The notes beneath the pieces are model-generated. The model did no database searches. It was not told the DNA's origin and worked only from the letters and a program-made list of their open reading frames with translations. Positions 37,354 to 47,213 of a stretch of 64,000 bases of DNA are shown one piece after another. This DNA comes from Escherichia phage vB_EcoM_phAPEC6. Position numbers and translations under genes: made by a program. The DNA lies in sequence record MK817115.1; one strand, given 5' to 3'. Every line of letters begins with the position of its first letter. Position 1 is the stretch's first letter.

Positions 37354-37841
37354 TTATCAAGACCCTTATCATAAATGCAATTAACAATAATTCCAGCATC
37401 TTCCAGTACTTTAATAGCTTCTGGTGGTGTACGAGGATAATTTTTGAGATAAATTACACGTGAAATCCCACTACCTGCGATCAACTTAGAACAAGTATAA
37501 CATGGTTGTAGTGTTGTGTAAAGAGTAGCACCTTGACGTTCAGTAGGAGAACTATAGAGTAAAGCGTTCATTTCAGCATGGATTTCATGAATATTACTCC
37601 ACTCATGATGTTCATGCTTTGCTTCATCACTAACCCAGTCTTGAAAACGTCCATCATTGACTAAGTGTTGATTCACATCACAACAATTTGGTTGTTTTGA
37701 TGGAGTACCATTGTATCCAGTACTCAATACTCGGTTATTTTTAACAATAACACAACCAACTTTTTGTGAAATACATTTACTTTCCTCAGCAACTACTTCT
37801 GCTATCTTCAACCAAGTCGTATGTTTCATTATAAGCTCCAA
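37350..37841 (-). CDS. dCMP deaminase
   Basis: 163 aa; HAEMNAL and PCYTCSKLI zinc-binding motifs. Confidence 0.75.
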   Translation of the reverse strand: MELIMKHTTWLKIAEVVAEESKCISQKVGCVIVKNNRVLSTGYNGTPSKQPNCCDVNQHLVNDGRFQDWVSDEAKHEHHEWSNIHEIHAEMNALLYSSPTERQGATLYTTLQPCYTCSKLIAGSGISRVIYLKNYPRTPPEAIKVLEDAGIIVNCIYDKGLDK

Positions 37842-38310
37842 TACTTAACAATGCGTTTTTACACAAATCATGAATTTTCATAACTCGAATATAGTTTAAC
37901 ACATCTGTTTCATTAATTTCAAATGGTTTATCTGCATATGTGGACCACGTTTGATTTAATTCAATAACAAATGTAATTTTATCTGTATCCATAATATTAT
38001 CACAAAATCTACGAAAATCTTGCTCTTCATCGGAAAGTCTGAAATTTAAATCATTTTTTAAACCATTAACTGTGAAGCAAATACCAGTACTGTAACCGAT
38101 GCAAATATCTTCAATATCATATAATCCATAAATTAATTTAGAGATAAACGTGCTATATTTGTTTCTATGATAATAGTTTAATATTTCTTGTTTAATATTA
38201 ATTTCAATATCAGTAGTTTTTTGTAATGTAAGTTTAATTAATTCTAATGTCTTGATTATGTTATCTAACCAGATATTAGTATCATCTATACTTAGGTGTG
38301 TGTATTTCAT
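37786..38310 (-). CDS. hypothetical protein
   Basis: 174 aa ORF. Confidence 0.4.
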   Translation of the reverse strand: MKYTHLSIDDTNIWLDNIIKTLELIKLTLQKTTDIEINIKQEILNYYHRNKYSTFISKLIYGLYDIEDICIGYSTGICFTVNGLKNDLNFRLSDEEQDFRRFCDNIMDTDKITFVIELNQTWSTYADKPFEINETDVLNYIRVMKIHDLCKNALLSIGAYNETYDLVEDSRSSC

Positions 38311-38836
38311 TATGTCCCTCTAGATTCCAATCATCAACGAGTTTAGAACAAACTTCCATATGATTATAGTACTTTTCATCCAATACATACGGTTTATTAT
38401 GATATTGTCGTACATCAGTGAATATATCATAATTTCTATATATGAATGACATATTTTTATGCATTAATTCTATAGTTTTCCAAATTTTCTCAATATCATA
38501 TAGAATTGTTTCTAATGACAAACCTGTTAACTTGGAAATTCTTTCAACTTTAAACCCTGATAACATCATAGTACTGTTGTGTTTAGTTAAGTAACTATAT
38601 CCAATAGAACTATGTATTAACTCAATACTATCAGTGTATGTGATTGTTTTTAGAAATGATTTTATATTTCTATTAAACCAATACCACTTTTTGTTTTTAT
38701 TATAACAACTATACCATTTCTTCAATATATCAATTGCTTCAGAATTAATTTTTAAAGCAAATTCATCAATTAAAAACATATGATGGTAAAAAATATCACT
38801 TTGTTCTTCAGTTAAATTATATTGCTGCATATTCAC
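38282..38836 (-). CDS. hypothetical protein
   Basis: 184 aa ORF. Confidence 0.4.
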   Translation of the reverse strand: MNMQQYNLTEEQSDIFYHHMFLIDEFALKINSEAIDILKKWYSCYNKNKKWYWFNRNIKSFLKTITYTDSIELIHSSIGYSYLTKHNSTMMLSGFKVERISKLTGLSLETILYDIEKIWKTIELMHKNMSFIYRNYDIFTDVRQYHNKPYVLDEKYYNHMEVCSKLVDDWNLEGHNEIHTPKYR

Positions 38837-38914
38837 CTACCCTAGTAACAATGATTCCTTGGGTATTTAGCTCATATAGATCAAAATATGATCAATGGAA
38901 AATTGATATACAGC

Positions 38915-38945
38915 AATAAAAATAGGAATCCCATGATAGGATTCC
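38915..38945 (-). terminator. rho-independent terminator
   Basis: Stem GGAATCC/GGATTCC, loop CATGATA, A-run 38915-38924 on plus. Confidence 0.45.
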
Positions 38946-38956
38946 TTTTCACAATA

Positions 38957-39403
38957 TTATTTTTGATATGGGGTGTACTGATATTTTTCACAATCAGCGA
39001 CAGTTAGAACACCTTCATCATAACCATATTGAAGTACAAGGTCAAATGCTTTATCAACCATAGCAACAACATCTTTATAACGAACAATCTTATGAGATTG
39101 ATTCTCAACTGCTTTCATAATCCCCATTAGCAACCAGCGACCTTCATCGGTGTGTAATTTAGCAAAGCGTGGACGCTTTGTCGCTGCCATAATATCAGTC
39201 CATTCAGCTTTAAAAATGTGTGGACGTTTTGGAATATCATATAGTGTAGTAGGGAAAGTTACATTATTTTTCTTCATTGCTTCTGCTTGTGCTGCACGAT
39301 AGCCCTGACGATATAATGGATGCTGCATTTTTAGCTGTTCAGCACTTAGAACTACTTTTGCTTTGTATGCGTCATAACCATCTTTATATTGTGCATTGGA
39401 CAT
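38957..39403 (-). CDS. hypothetical protein
   Basis: 148 aa ORF. Confidence 0.45.
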   Translation of the reverse strand: MSNAQYKDGYDAYKAKVVLSAEQLKMQHPLYRQGYRAAQAEAMKKNNVTFPTTLYDIPKRPHIFKAEWTDIMAATKRPRFAKLHTDEGRWLLMGIMKAVENQSHKIVRYKDVVAMVDKAFDLVLQYGYDEGVLTVADCEKYQYTPYQK

Positions 39404-39404
39404 A

Positions 39405-39722
39405 TTATTCTTTTACCTCATCAGTTTGAATGTATTTTTTGTCAGAGAATGTACCGTGTTCTTTACGCACAGCTTCTGCATGTTGAACCGCATCAACTGG
39501 ATTAATGTTCTTTTTAATTAGTACTTCCTTCATTAATTCAAGTACAATTGCAAAACCATTCAGCACACGCTCAGATTCATCTACATTTTTTAATTCAAGT
39601 GCTACTGCACTAATTTGATCGAACGCAACATTAATAAAATCGGAATCTTCTAATACATTTGCAACTTCAGTATTATTACGCACTAGTACTTTCATATAAT
39701 CTCCACAAAGATGATGCCCCAT
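39405..39722 (-). CDS. hypothetical protein
   Basis: 105 aa ORF. Confidence 0.4.
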   Translation of the reverse strand: MGHHLCGDYMKVLVRNNTEVANVLEDSDFINVAFDQISAVALELKNVDESERVLNGFAIVLELMKEVLIKKNINPVDAVQHAEAVRKEHGTFSDKKYIQTDEVKE

Positions 39723-39743
39723 ATTGAGGCATCAAAATCTATC

Positions 39744-40439
39744 TTACACCCACTCTTCCACGCCACCGCGACGCTTAACTAAGTACTTGCCTTCTTCGTT
39801 ACGTGGTCCAAGAATAATACCATCAATGAAACCATGTTCACCATATTCAAGAGCTTCTTCTGCATTTAACCACAAATCACGGTCAGCATCTTTAAGTAGT
39901 TGTTCGTGTGTTACACCAACTGCTTCTGCAATTTCTTTAGTCAATAGAGTGTTTAGGGCATCAGAATGTTTAAGTGAAATCTTCTGGTCAGTAATTAGAC
40001 CTTGTGTACCAGAACTTACTTGGTGACACATGAAATAAGAACGCTTACCACCTAAACGGAAACCTTTAGTACCAATTACAGATTGTGTATAGCAACCCAT
40101 TGATGCTGCATAGCCCATTACTACAGTGCGAATTGGAGAAATACAAGACTTAGCAACATCTGCAATACCCAAACCTGCGTGTACTGAACCACCCGGTGAA
40201 CTAATGTAGAATGTAATAGGGGAATCACCTTGTGAGTCTAACCATACCAATTGTTGTTTGATGATATGTGCCATTTGATCATTGAAATCAGTATCAAGGA
40301 AAATGATACGGTCTTGCATCATACGAGATGCTAGATCATATGTACGTTCTGAACCATTAACTTTCTCAACTACGTAAGGAATAGAAATGTTACGTACTTC
40401 GCCATTAGCATAACCACCAAACATGAATTGTTCAACCAT
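39744..40439 (-). CDS. clpP: ClpP-family serine protease
   Basis: 231 aa; SSPGGSVHAG and GYAASMG active-site region, His in FMCHQVSSG. Confidence 0.8.
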   Translation of the reverse strand: MVEQFMFGGYANGEVRNISIPYVVEKVNGSERTYDLASRMMQDRIIFLDTDFNDQMAHIIKQQLVWLDSQGDSPITFYISSPGGSVHAGLGIADVAKSCISPIRTVVMGYAASMGCYTQSVIGTKGFRLGGKRSYFMCHQVSSGTQGLITDQKISLKHSDALNTLLTKEIAEAVGVTHEQLLKDADRDLWLNAEEALEYGEHGFIDGIILGPRNEEGKYLVKRRGGVEEWV

Positions 40440-40503
40440 TATTAATTTCCTCTATTATTTCGTTGTTGTGAGTATTATATCACTAAGATTTAAAATGTCC
40501 AAA

Positions 40504-40944
40504 CTATTTTACTGGAATATTTGAAAAGAAATCAGTCATCCAATACGCCGTCTCTTTGTTGAATAATACTGGATCAAACTTAAGTAACTCAACATGACTT
40601 GTATCATACACGCTTGTATCGGTAATGTCAAACAAAGTTTTAGTACTGAATAGTGGATTACTCACTAGAAAGTAGTAATCAGCAGTAGTGCTAATGTCAT
40701 CATAAAACACACCGTCATACCATCCATCATCATATACATAAACAGAATCGTCATGAAGATAGTAAACTTCTATATGTAAACTCAAGTTCTTCATGGTTTC
40801 AATCATTTTTGCCGTATGAGGATTTAACTTATTGACATTTTCAAACACATAAGAGTGTTTTTTATTCATATCAACAAATGAAAATATTCGTACTGAACGT
40901 ATATTCATATTACTCCAAATAAACAAGTGAATTAATGAAATCAT
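40504..40944 (-). CDS. hypothetical protein
   Basis: 146 aa ORF. Confidence 0.4.
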   Translation of the reverse strand: MISLIHLFIWSNMNIRSVRIFSFVDMNKKHSYVFENVNKLNPHTAKMIETMKNLSLHIEVYYLHDDSVYVYDDGWYDGVFYDDISTTADYYFLVSNPLFSTKTLFDITDTSVYDTSHVELLKFDPVLFNKETAYWMTDFFSNIPVK

Positions 40945-41293
40945 ATTTCAATTTATCATCAACATAATTCAAATCAACTTTAATCATCGGAGCATGGGAA
41001 CGTATAGACAGTGTTTCCATAAAGTACTGATTAAGTTTGTATGTATGGAAAAGATGAATATCTCGTTTCAACACCACCATTACTTCCCCGAACAGATCAC
41101 AGAGTTCAACTTCAGTGTTAGTTGGGTCAAACCCATAACGATTCTTTAATGTACGTGGTTCTTTATTTCGATAATAATGCACAGCTTTATTACTATTCAC
41201 TAACAAGTGATGATATGCATTACTATAAACTGAGCAAATAACTCGGCTTGGATAATTGGTATATTCTGGTAGTTCAAAATAAATTAATGACAC
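40910..41293 (-). CDS. hypothetical protein
   Basis: 127 aa ORF. Confidence 0.4.
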   Translation of the reverse strand: MSLIYFELPEYTNYPSRVICSVYSNAYHHLLVNSNKAVHYYRNKEPRTLKNRYGFDPTNTEVELCDLFGEVMVVLKRDIHLFHTYKLNQYFMETLSIRSHAPMIKVDLNYVDDKLKYDFINSLVYLE

Positions 41294-41305
41294 AATATCC
41301 TCTCA

Positions 41306-42097
41306 TTAAATTTCAAATACAAATTTAGGATTGTAATCAAAATTCTCACAAGCTCCACTGTATGATTCATAGCCTCGTGGATTACAAATGATACGTGTCT
41401 TACCAATGTGGTAGTCAAAACTACTATGAACATGACCATGAATCCAAACATCAGCACCCAAATCTTCAATGTACTGATCCATATCGGAACAGTAACAACC
41501 ATTCAGTGAATCATTTTTATATTTTGGTGAAACACTTTGATAACTTGGTGCGTGATGGGTAACCACGATTACCTTGAAATCATTATCATGCATAAAGCGA
41601 ACTGTGTCAATAGAATTTTTGATAAATTGTTTATCTTTGTGATGCATAAACTCAGTATCATCTGGTGTCAGTTTCTTACGCCAAGGCTCTGATGTTGTTC
41701 CATGACGGATATGTTTGTAATCGTTCATCTTCAGACGAGCATCAAACTTCGTCAAAGAATTACCTTTATCGAAGTCTGTCCACAGAGTACTACCAACAAG
41801 CAGTACTCCATCCAGCCATACAAATTTGTTTTGCAAAAAGATGAAATTAGGAATCTCATCTTGCATATCGGACAGTACTTTATGCGTTTTGTGGATATTG
41901 GAACCATAATATTCATGATTGCCAGGAACCAGTACTACATTCTTAAACTGCTTACATAGTGATTCTATACCAGTACGGTAACGACTGCGTTTAACTTCAT
42001 CGAAGTCCCCAGCAATAATCAGTACTGTATCACTGTAATCACCACTATGGAGGTAATCAGTACCACCGTGTACGTCAGACGTTACAACAAATTTCAT
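41306..42097 (-). CDS. calcineurin-like metallophosphoesterase
   Basis: 263 aa; motifs SDVHGG, GDFDE, GNHEY, VTHHAP, IHGHVH. Confidence 0.7.
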   Translation of the reverse strand: MKFVVTSDVHGGTDYLHSGDYSDTVLIIAGDFDEVKRSRYRTGIESLCKQFKNVVLVPGNHEYYGSNIHKTHKVLSDMQDEIPNFIFLQNKFVWLDGVLLVGSTLWTDFDKGNSLTKFDARLKMNDYKHIRHGTTSEPWRKKLTPDDTEFMHHKDKQFIKNSIDTVRFMHDNDFKVIVVTHHAPSYQSVSPKYKNDSLNGCYCSDMDQYIEDLGADVWIHGHVHSSFDYHIGKTRIICNPRGYESYSGACENFDYNPKFVFEI

Positions 42098-42116
42098 AAT
42101 TACCTCCTATAAGTGT

Positions 42117-43535
42117 TTAGCCAAGTGATTCAATGATACTGTTTGAGAACACCTCAACAGCACTATCACGAATTTCTAAAATACGAGTATAGTCGTCACA
42201 AGTGTTTTTGTCAAATCTAAATTCAATAAACACTGGTAAGAACAGTGATGGCTCACCAGTACGCTTGTCGAATACAATGTCATTACACTCAACTGTAACC
42301 ACTTTACCAATAAGTTCTTGCATTCTTTCCCAAATGGTTTTAAATGTCCATTCAGCATCTTTCTCTTTGATACCAGTACCCACATTAACTTTCAATGAAC
42401 CACAAGCACTTTCCAGTTGTAAAGAACCTAGGCTTCCTTTACGTTTACCTTCACCTTCATTGAAACCAACAATACGCAAGTCTAGTTGCATTTTCAATTT
42501 CATTTTCAACTGCTTCGGAGAAGTGTGAGATTTCCAGATACCATCTTCACATTTCAGTACTGAACCCTCTTCACCTTCGTTCATTAGTTCACTATTGTAC
42601 TCAAATGCTTCTTTGATGTTTAGAACTTTACGGAATCCAACCATACGAACAAAATCACTATTGAGTTCGTTAATTGCATCTACTAAGATCTCGCGACGTT
42701 CTTTACGTTTTACATCCCATACACCTTCACAAAATGCATCATATGGAACAACATCCCATAGAACGAATACAGTACGCATTGCTTCATTCTGACTGATGCT
42801 ATCTTTACCAGCTTTCTGAATTATACCGTTGCCAGTAGTGCGTGGGAGAATGGTTTCCCCATCATTGTCCAGTACTACACCTTCCCCCATAAAGACCACA
42901 CCACTACTAAAACGTTCATCTTTACTTTGGATGATGTGAGCAAGACCTGCCATCTCACCATCACGACAACCCAGGAAGTCGTATAGTTTACCATTACGGG
43001 ATGTAGAAGTTAATGAACCATTAATAACAACGTGGTTCAAGTACTGACCATCCATTTTCACTTCTGATATAGCGTAACCATAATCTTTGAAGTTGATGTT
43101 CTTTGCAGTCTTTTTGTCAATCAAAGAACAACGCATATATGGTTCGTCTTTAATAAAGCCTTTACCAAATACATCATTGCAGTTCTTTTCTTGAATACCA
43201 CAATCAAGGTTTTTAGTAAGCATTTTACGGAGAACTTCCTGATCATCTTCAGATACAGAACCCAGTACTGAAGCAATGAAATCACGCCCCGCATTTCCTG
43301 TCACATCACGCTTGTAAATGCATTCTAGCTTATCAATTGCTTCATCTAACGTCATATGTTGATATACGTCATCAGCGGCAGGGAGCTTCTTATAGCCACT
43401 AACGATAGAAGGGTCTAGAGTATATTTCAGTACTTTTTGTAAAGTTACATTATCTTTATTTTGTTCAAGAATAGCTTTTTTGCCTAGTGTACTGCTAGTA
43501 TTTTTAATGCTTTCAAGAATTGCTAAAATGCTCAT
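42117..43535 (-). CDS. ATP-dependent DNA ligase (T4 gp30-like)
   Basis: 472 aa; adenylation motif EVKMDGQ (KxDG); N-terminus MSILAILESIKNTSSTLGKKAILEQNKDN resembles T4 DNA ligase N-terminus. Confidence 0.85.
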   Translation of the reverse strand: MSILAILESIKNTSSTLGKKAILEQNKDNVTLQKVLKYTLDPSIVSGYKKLPAADDVYQHMTLDEAIDKLECIYKRDVTGNAGRDFIASVLGSVSEDDQEVLRKMLTKNLDCGIQEKNCNDVFGKGFIKDEPYMRCSLIDKKTAKNINFKDYGYAISEVKMDGQYLNHVVINGSLTSTSRNGKLYDFLGCRDGEMAGLAHIIQSKDERFSSGVVFMGEGVVLDNDGETILPRTTGNGIIQKAGKDSISQNEAMRTVFVLWDVVPYDAFCEGVWDVKRKERREILVDAINELNSDFVRMVGFRKVLNIKEAFEYNSELMNEGEEGSVLKCEDGIWKSHTSPKQLKMKLKMQLDLRIVGFNEGEGKRKGSLGSLQLESACGSLKVNVGTGIKEKDAEWTFKTIWERMQELIGKVVTVECNDIVFDKRTGEPSLFLPVFIEFRFDKNTCDDYTRILEIRDSAVEVFSNSIIESLG

Positions 43536-43546
43536 TGTATATTCCT

Positions 43547-44749
43547 TTATAGATAATACTTTCCAATATAAAGTGGATTACTAATTGATAGTTGAACGTG
43601 ACACGGCTTATCTTGGTAGTAACGAGAACTTGATGTTTTGCGTTCATTTGGTGGGAAGAATGGGGAACGATAGCCATTCCATGTACTAAATGATGAGTGT
43701 TCATTAATATCAACATCCATTACCATAATCCCATTATCATCAATTTGAACTGGATATGCACTAAAGCGTTCAAATTTATCATTATAATGGATATTATAAT
43801 CTCCACTACGCCCATAATAACTACGCGTTGTATTATTACTTACACCAAAAAATACGCGATATGTTTGTTCATTATCTTTAGTCATAAATGGTACGTTCTC
43901 GTTGAAACGTCCATTATTCATAAGATCATCAACATTTATTTCTTCATATTTAATTTTTAGGTCTTTTGCTTTAAATGATTTATTGTGTACCAGTACTGGA
44001 ATGTTAGATTCACCTAATGGGTTATGTCTGTTTGTTCTATAGCTTTGCCAAAAATCATTAGCAAGTTTAATTTCTTCATCTGCCGTAGTCTTCTTATTCA
44101 AGAGTGCACGAGGTTCCAGATTGTAATTATCCAAACGTTGATTCAATGCATAAGTTCCACGAGTACTGTTGAAAAGTAAATGATAAACAGAACTTTTGTC
44201 GGGGTATGCAAATTCTTTAGTTTTCTTTATACAAATTGCATGAACTTTACCGCAGTAATAGTAATCTTCTTTGAGATAAGTGAAACCATCACCAACTTTA
44301 AGACCTGCTACAGTTTCTTTTTGTTGTTCTTTTTTATTTTCTTTTTCAACTAACTTAGCAAACGTTTTTGTTTTACCATTAATTAATTCTAAGTTATTGT
44401 TGAAAAACATTGGGTCTACAAAAACACCTTTGATTATATCGTTATTGATAATTAAATCATTCATGTTTTTGGCACTAATCATAAATTCAAATCCTTCTGG
44501 GTGACGGATCGTGAAATATGTTTCTCGTGCATGAGTTGTTAATTTATCAACTACACAAAATCCCGTAGTTGGAACGTTGTCAATATATAACGATGGAAGA
44601 TTGTTCTTCTTTGCCCAGTACTCTGCTCTCTCTTTCTTTGTTTCAAACGCTTTTGTATGTGATTTTGTTGCATCGATAATAAAACCATCAACTTGGTTGT
44701 GGTTTACATAGGAACGTGCAACAAATAACTTCTCTGGAAAATCCATCAA
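43547..44749 (-). CDS. hypothetical protein
   Basis: 400 aa ORF. Confidence 0.5.
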   Translation of the reverse strand: MMDFPEKLFVARSYVNHNQVDGFIIDATKSHTKAFETKKERAEYWAKKNNLPSLYIDNVPTTGFCVVDKLTTHARETYFTIRHPEGFEFMISAKNMNDLIINNDIIKGVFVDPMFFNNNLELINGKTKTFAKLVEKENKKEQQKETVAGLKVGDGFTYLKEDYYYCGKVHAICIKKTKEFAYPDKSSVYHLLFNSTRGTYALNQRLDNYNLEPRALLNKKTTADEEIKLANDFWQSYRTNRHNPLGESNIPVLVHNKSFKAKDLKIKYEEINVDDLMNNGRFNENVPFMTKDNEQTYRVFFGVSNNTTRSYYGRSGDYNIHYNDKFERFSAYPVQIDDNGIMVMDVDINEHSSFSTWNGYRSPFFPPNERKTSSSRYYQDKPCHVQLSISNPLYIGKYYL

Positions 44750-45165
44750 ATAGTCCTCATTGTGCTGATTGCTTTTAATGTGTCAAACAATGCACCATAT
44801 TTTACTTGCATTAGTTGATCACCAGCAGGAAGATTCATACGCATAACAGCCATGTCTTCAATCATTTCAGACGTACACAGTACTGCTACACAGGTAATAG
44901 CATCATTCAATCCAGCTTCATTGAATTTGGCAAACGGAACTTTTCCCTGTTTGCTAAGGTTGTTATAATAAGAATTTAACTTATCATGTCCACCAGCATT
45001 TAGTACTACAATAGTTTCGTGTTCATAGTACCATTCATCAATAATAGTACTGAAAGCAGTACCTTCATATTCTTTAATTAGTTTAACACCAGCATGGAAT
45101 GCTTGAATACCAGCTTGGACACCTTGGCAGTACATATTAGTTAAACAATACAATTTCATTTCCAT
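44746..45165 (-). CDS. hypothetical protein
   Basis: 139 aa ORF. Confidence 0.4.
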   Translation of the reverse strand: MEMKLYCLTNMYCQGVQAGIQAFHAGVKLIKEYEGTAFSTIIDEWYYEHETIVVLNAGGHDKLNSYYNNLSKQGKVPFAKFNEAGLNDAITCVAVLCTSEMIEDMAVMRMNLPAGDQLMQVKYGALFDTLKAISTMRTI

Positions 45166-45383
45166 ACCTCTTGTTTTTCTACGTAGCCTTTCCCATCACA
45201 GTGTGGACAAGCATAAAAGCTGCGGTAATCTTCTGACGGTACTTGTTGTGTTCCATTACATGTAGGACATACTTTACGTGCACCCGAAATAATACGTTCA
45301 TGGTGTTCAGCTTGTTTAGCTGAATCAAAAATACGACCATCTTCAGTTTGGTATTTTTCTACCATAACTTGAATTACTTTCAT
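45156..45383 (-). CDS. zinc-ribbon protein
   Basis: 75 aa; CPTCNG...CPHCDG. Confidence 0.4.
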   Translation of the reverse strand: MKVIQVMVEKYQTEDGRIFDSAKQAEHHERIISGARKVCPTCNGTQQVPSEDYRSFYACPHCDGKGYVEKQEVWK

Positions 45384-45393
45384 TTCTATTTCC

Positions 45394-45663
45394 TTATAAA
45401 AATGTTAAATCTTCAGTACTTAATTGTGATAATTTACCATCATATTCAATTTCAACATATACATTTTGGTCATAAACAGCAACTACACGTTTAATAACTC
45501 CAATCTTCACGACATTCTTTTTGTAGTTGAACTCAACTGAACAACCAATAAGTTTATTTGATAGAATCTCACGTATTTGATTAGCATGGTCTTTTAGGAT
45601 AGAATTAATAGATTTTTTCATAATATATCTATCATTCAAATATTTTTTAACTACATCATGCAT
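45394..45663 (-). CDS. small protein, dispersed paralog family
   Basis: 89 aa; motif LSNKLIGCSV like the family's DL..KY.G..V. Confidence 0.4.
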   Translation of the reverse strand: MHDVVKKYLNDRYIMKKSINSILKDHANQIREILSNKLIGCSVEFNYKKNVVKIGVIKRVVAVYDQNVYVEIEYDGKLSQLSTEDLTFL

Positions 45664-45668
45664 AATTA

Positions 45669-46427
45669 TTACCTTTTGAAACGATTGAATGAGTACTCAT
45701 CTTTTTCTTTACGTAAGTATCTCATTCCACCACTTTGTGGAGTAGCGAGAGTTAAGTCACCCGTCAAGAACTGACTATCAATCCAAATGCGATTACCGTA
45801 AATTAGTGGATCTGTAACTGCTGTATGTCCACTAAAGACACAATGCACTCCATCTAACTTAGGTGCATAATATGTATTATTAGTTCTACAATAATCGAAT
45901 GTTTTTCTATCCCACAAGCACTTATCAATTATATCAGCACTAAGTGATTTTGTCCCATTAACAAATCGTTCCCATGTTGTATATTCCAACGGAACTCCAG
46001 CATGAACTAACCCAATCTTCAATCCTCGGTGATTGATTTGGATAATCATAGGGAGATCCTTTAAGTACTGACGAAAGAATTGAATGCCTGTTCCTCCAAC
46101 TTCATCAAGGAATTTATCACCACCATTACTTATCCAACAATGATACCAATCTCGAAGTGTTTCCGAATCAACGCACATCATCTCATGATTACCCGCAATC
46201 ATGTAACGATTTTCTCCGAACAAAAATTCAAAAAGGAGCTTTGAATTTTGTTCTCCACGGTCGATAATATCACCTACACTGAAAACATAATCATTGTGTG
46301 TAATACCAAATTCTTTCACTGTAGCATCCCATAGTTTACCATTACCATGCAAATCACCTACAATGTATAAATCTTTATCATCAGGTACGGTTACTTCTAA
46401 GAAGTGTTTCATTATTACTCCAACCAT
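45669..46427 (-). CDS. PPP-family Ser/Thr protein phosphatase
   Basis: 252 aa; GDLHGN, GDIIDRG, GNHE motifs. Confidence 0.75.
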   Translation of the reverse strand: MVGVIMKHFLEVTVPDDKDLYIVGDLHGNGKLWDATVKEFGITHNDYVFSVGDIIDRGEQNSKLLFEFLFGENRYMIAGNHEMMCVDSETLRDWYHCWISNGGDKFLDEVGGTGIQFFRQYLKDLPMIIQINHRGLKIGLVHAGVPLEYTTWERFVNGTKSLSADIIDKCLWDRKTFDYCRTNNTYYAPKLDGVHCVFSGHTAVTDPLIYGNRIWIDSQFLTGDLTLATPQSGGMRYLRKEKDEYSFNRFKR

Positions 46428-46666
46428 ATAATATTAGTGTGTTTAGTAACTTGTGTTCCAGCAAAAGAACCATCTTTAAGATAAGTATTAATTTTAAAAC
46501 GCCATTCACCACCACTAATATACATATCAGTAATAATATACTTTCCATACCCTCTGGAGTTTATTAATCGTACTTCTTGACCAATATATTTTGGCTTCAG
46601 ATCATTTATAAAATCATCAGCCAAAGACATAAGATATCGCAGATGTGATAAGTCAGTGTTGAACAT
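46415..46666 (-). CDS. small protein, dispersed paralog family
   Basis: 83 aa; motif INDLKPKYIGQEV. Confidence 0.4.
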   Translation of the reverse strand: MFNTDLSHLRYLMSLADDFINDLKPKYIGQEVRLINSRGYGKYIITDMYISGGEWRFKINTYLKDGSFAGTQVTKHTNIIWLE

Positions 46667-46881
46667 TATTTCTTTCTCTTATATTTGTTAATAATATCTT
46701 GGGTAAGTGAAATAAAAATATATACTAATGTTACAGGCCAAATAATAGCCATCAGTGCTGCTGTTTGGAGATTCATGATAATCATGATTTCATCTTTAAA
46801 ACAACCCCAATTGAGTACTAGAAAGTTGGTTATAAATGTAACAAATGCTACAAATCCATATATTGCAAAAAATGTTATCAT
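46666..46881 (-). CDS. small membrane protein
   Basis: 71 aa, two TM helices. Confidence 0.35.
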   Translation of the reverse strand: MITFFAIYGFVAFVTFITNFLVLNWGCFKDEIMIIMNLQTAALMAIIWPVTLVYIFISLTQDIINKYKRKK

Positions 46882-46883
46882 AA

Positions 46884-47213
46884 TTATTCCTCATCATCCA
46901 CTAAAACAAGATAATCCAAACTCAACTCGGTATCTATGTAACAATCACAATTCAAGTACTCAATTTCAGCACCTATAGTTCTCCCATTCTTAAATATCTC
47001 AATGATTTTCATTCTAGTATTGGGATTAATGTGTTCAATGTCGTATTCGTATTCAGGGTCAATATACTCACTTGTCATACGTTTGATGTATTGTTCCGAA
47101 TATCGTACAGTTTTACCTATAAGATCATTACTCAACGTCTGATAAAAATCATCTTGAATTTTGAATAATGACCTATAAAAAATATTATGTTGAATTAGTG
47201 GTTTCATTGACAT
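46884..47213 (-). CDS. small protein, dispersed paralog family
   Basis: 109 aa; motif LSNDLIGKTV. Confidence 0.4.
   Translation of the reverse strand: MSMKPLIQHNIFYRSLFKIQDDFYQTLSNDLIGKTVRYSEQYIKRMTSEYIDPEYEYDIEHINPNTRMKIIEIFKNGRTIGAEIEYLNCDCYIDTELSLDYLVLVDDEE

Noticed and set aside
42176-42385. Short minus-strand ORFs nested in the DNA ligase and neighbouring gene (42176..42385, 43513..43716) and in the Dam gene (60326..60520)
   Set aside because: Alternative frames inside confidently assigned genes.
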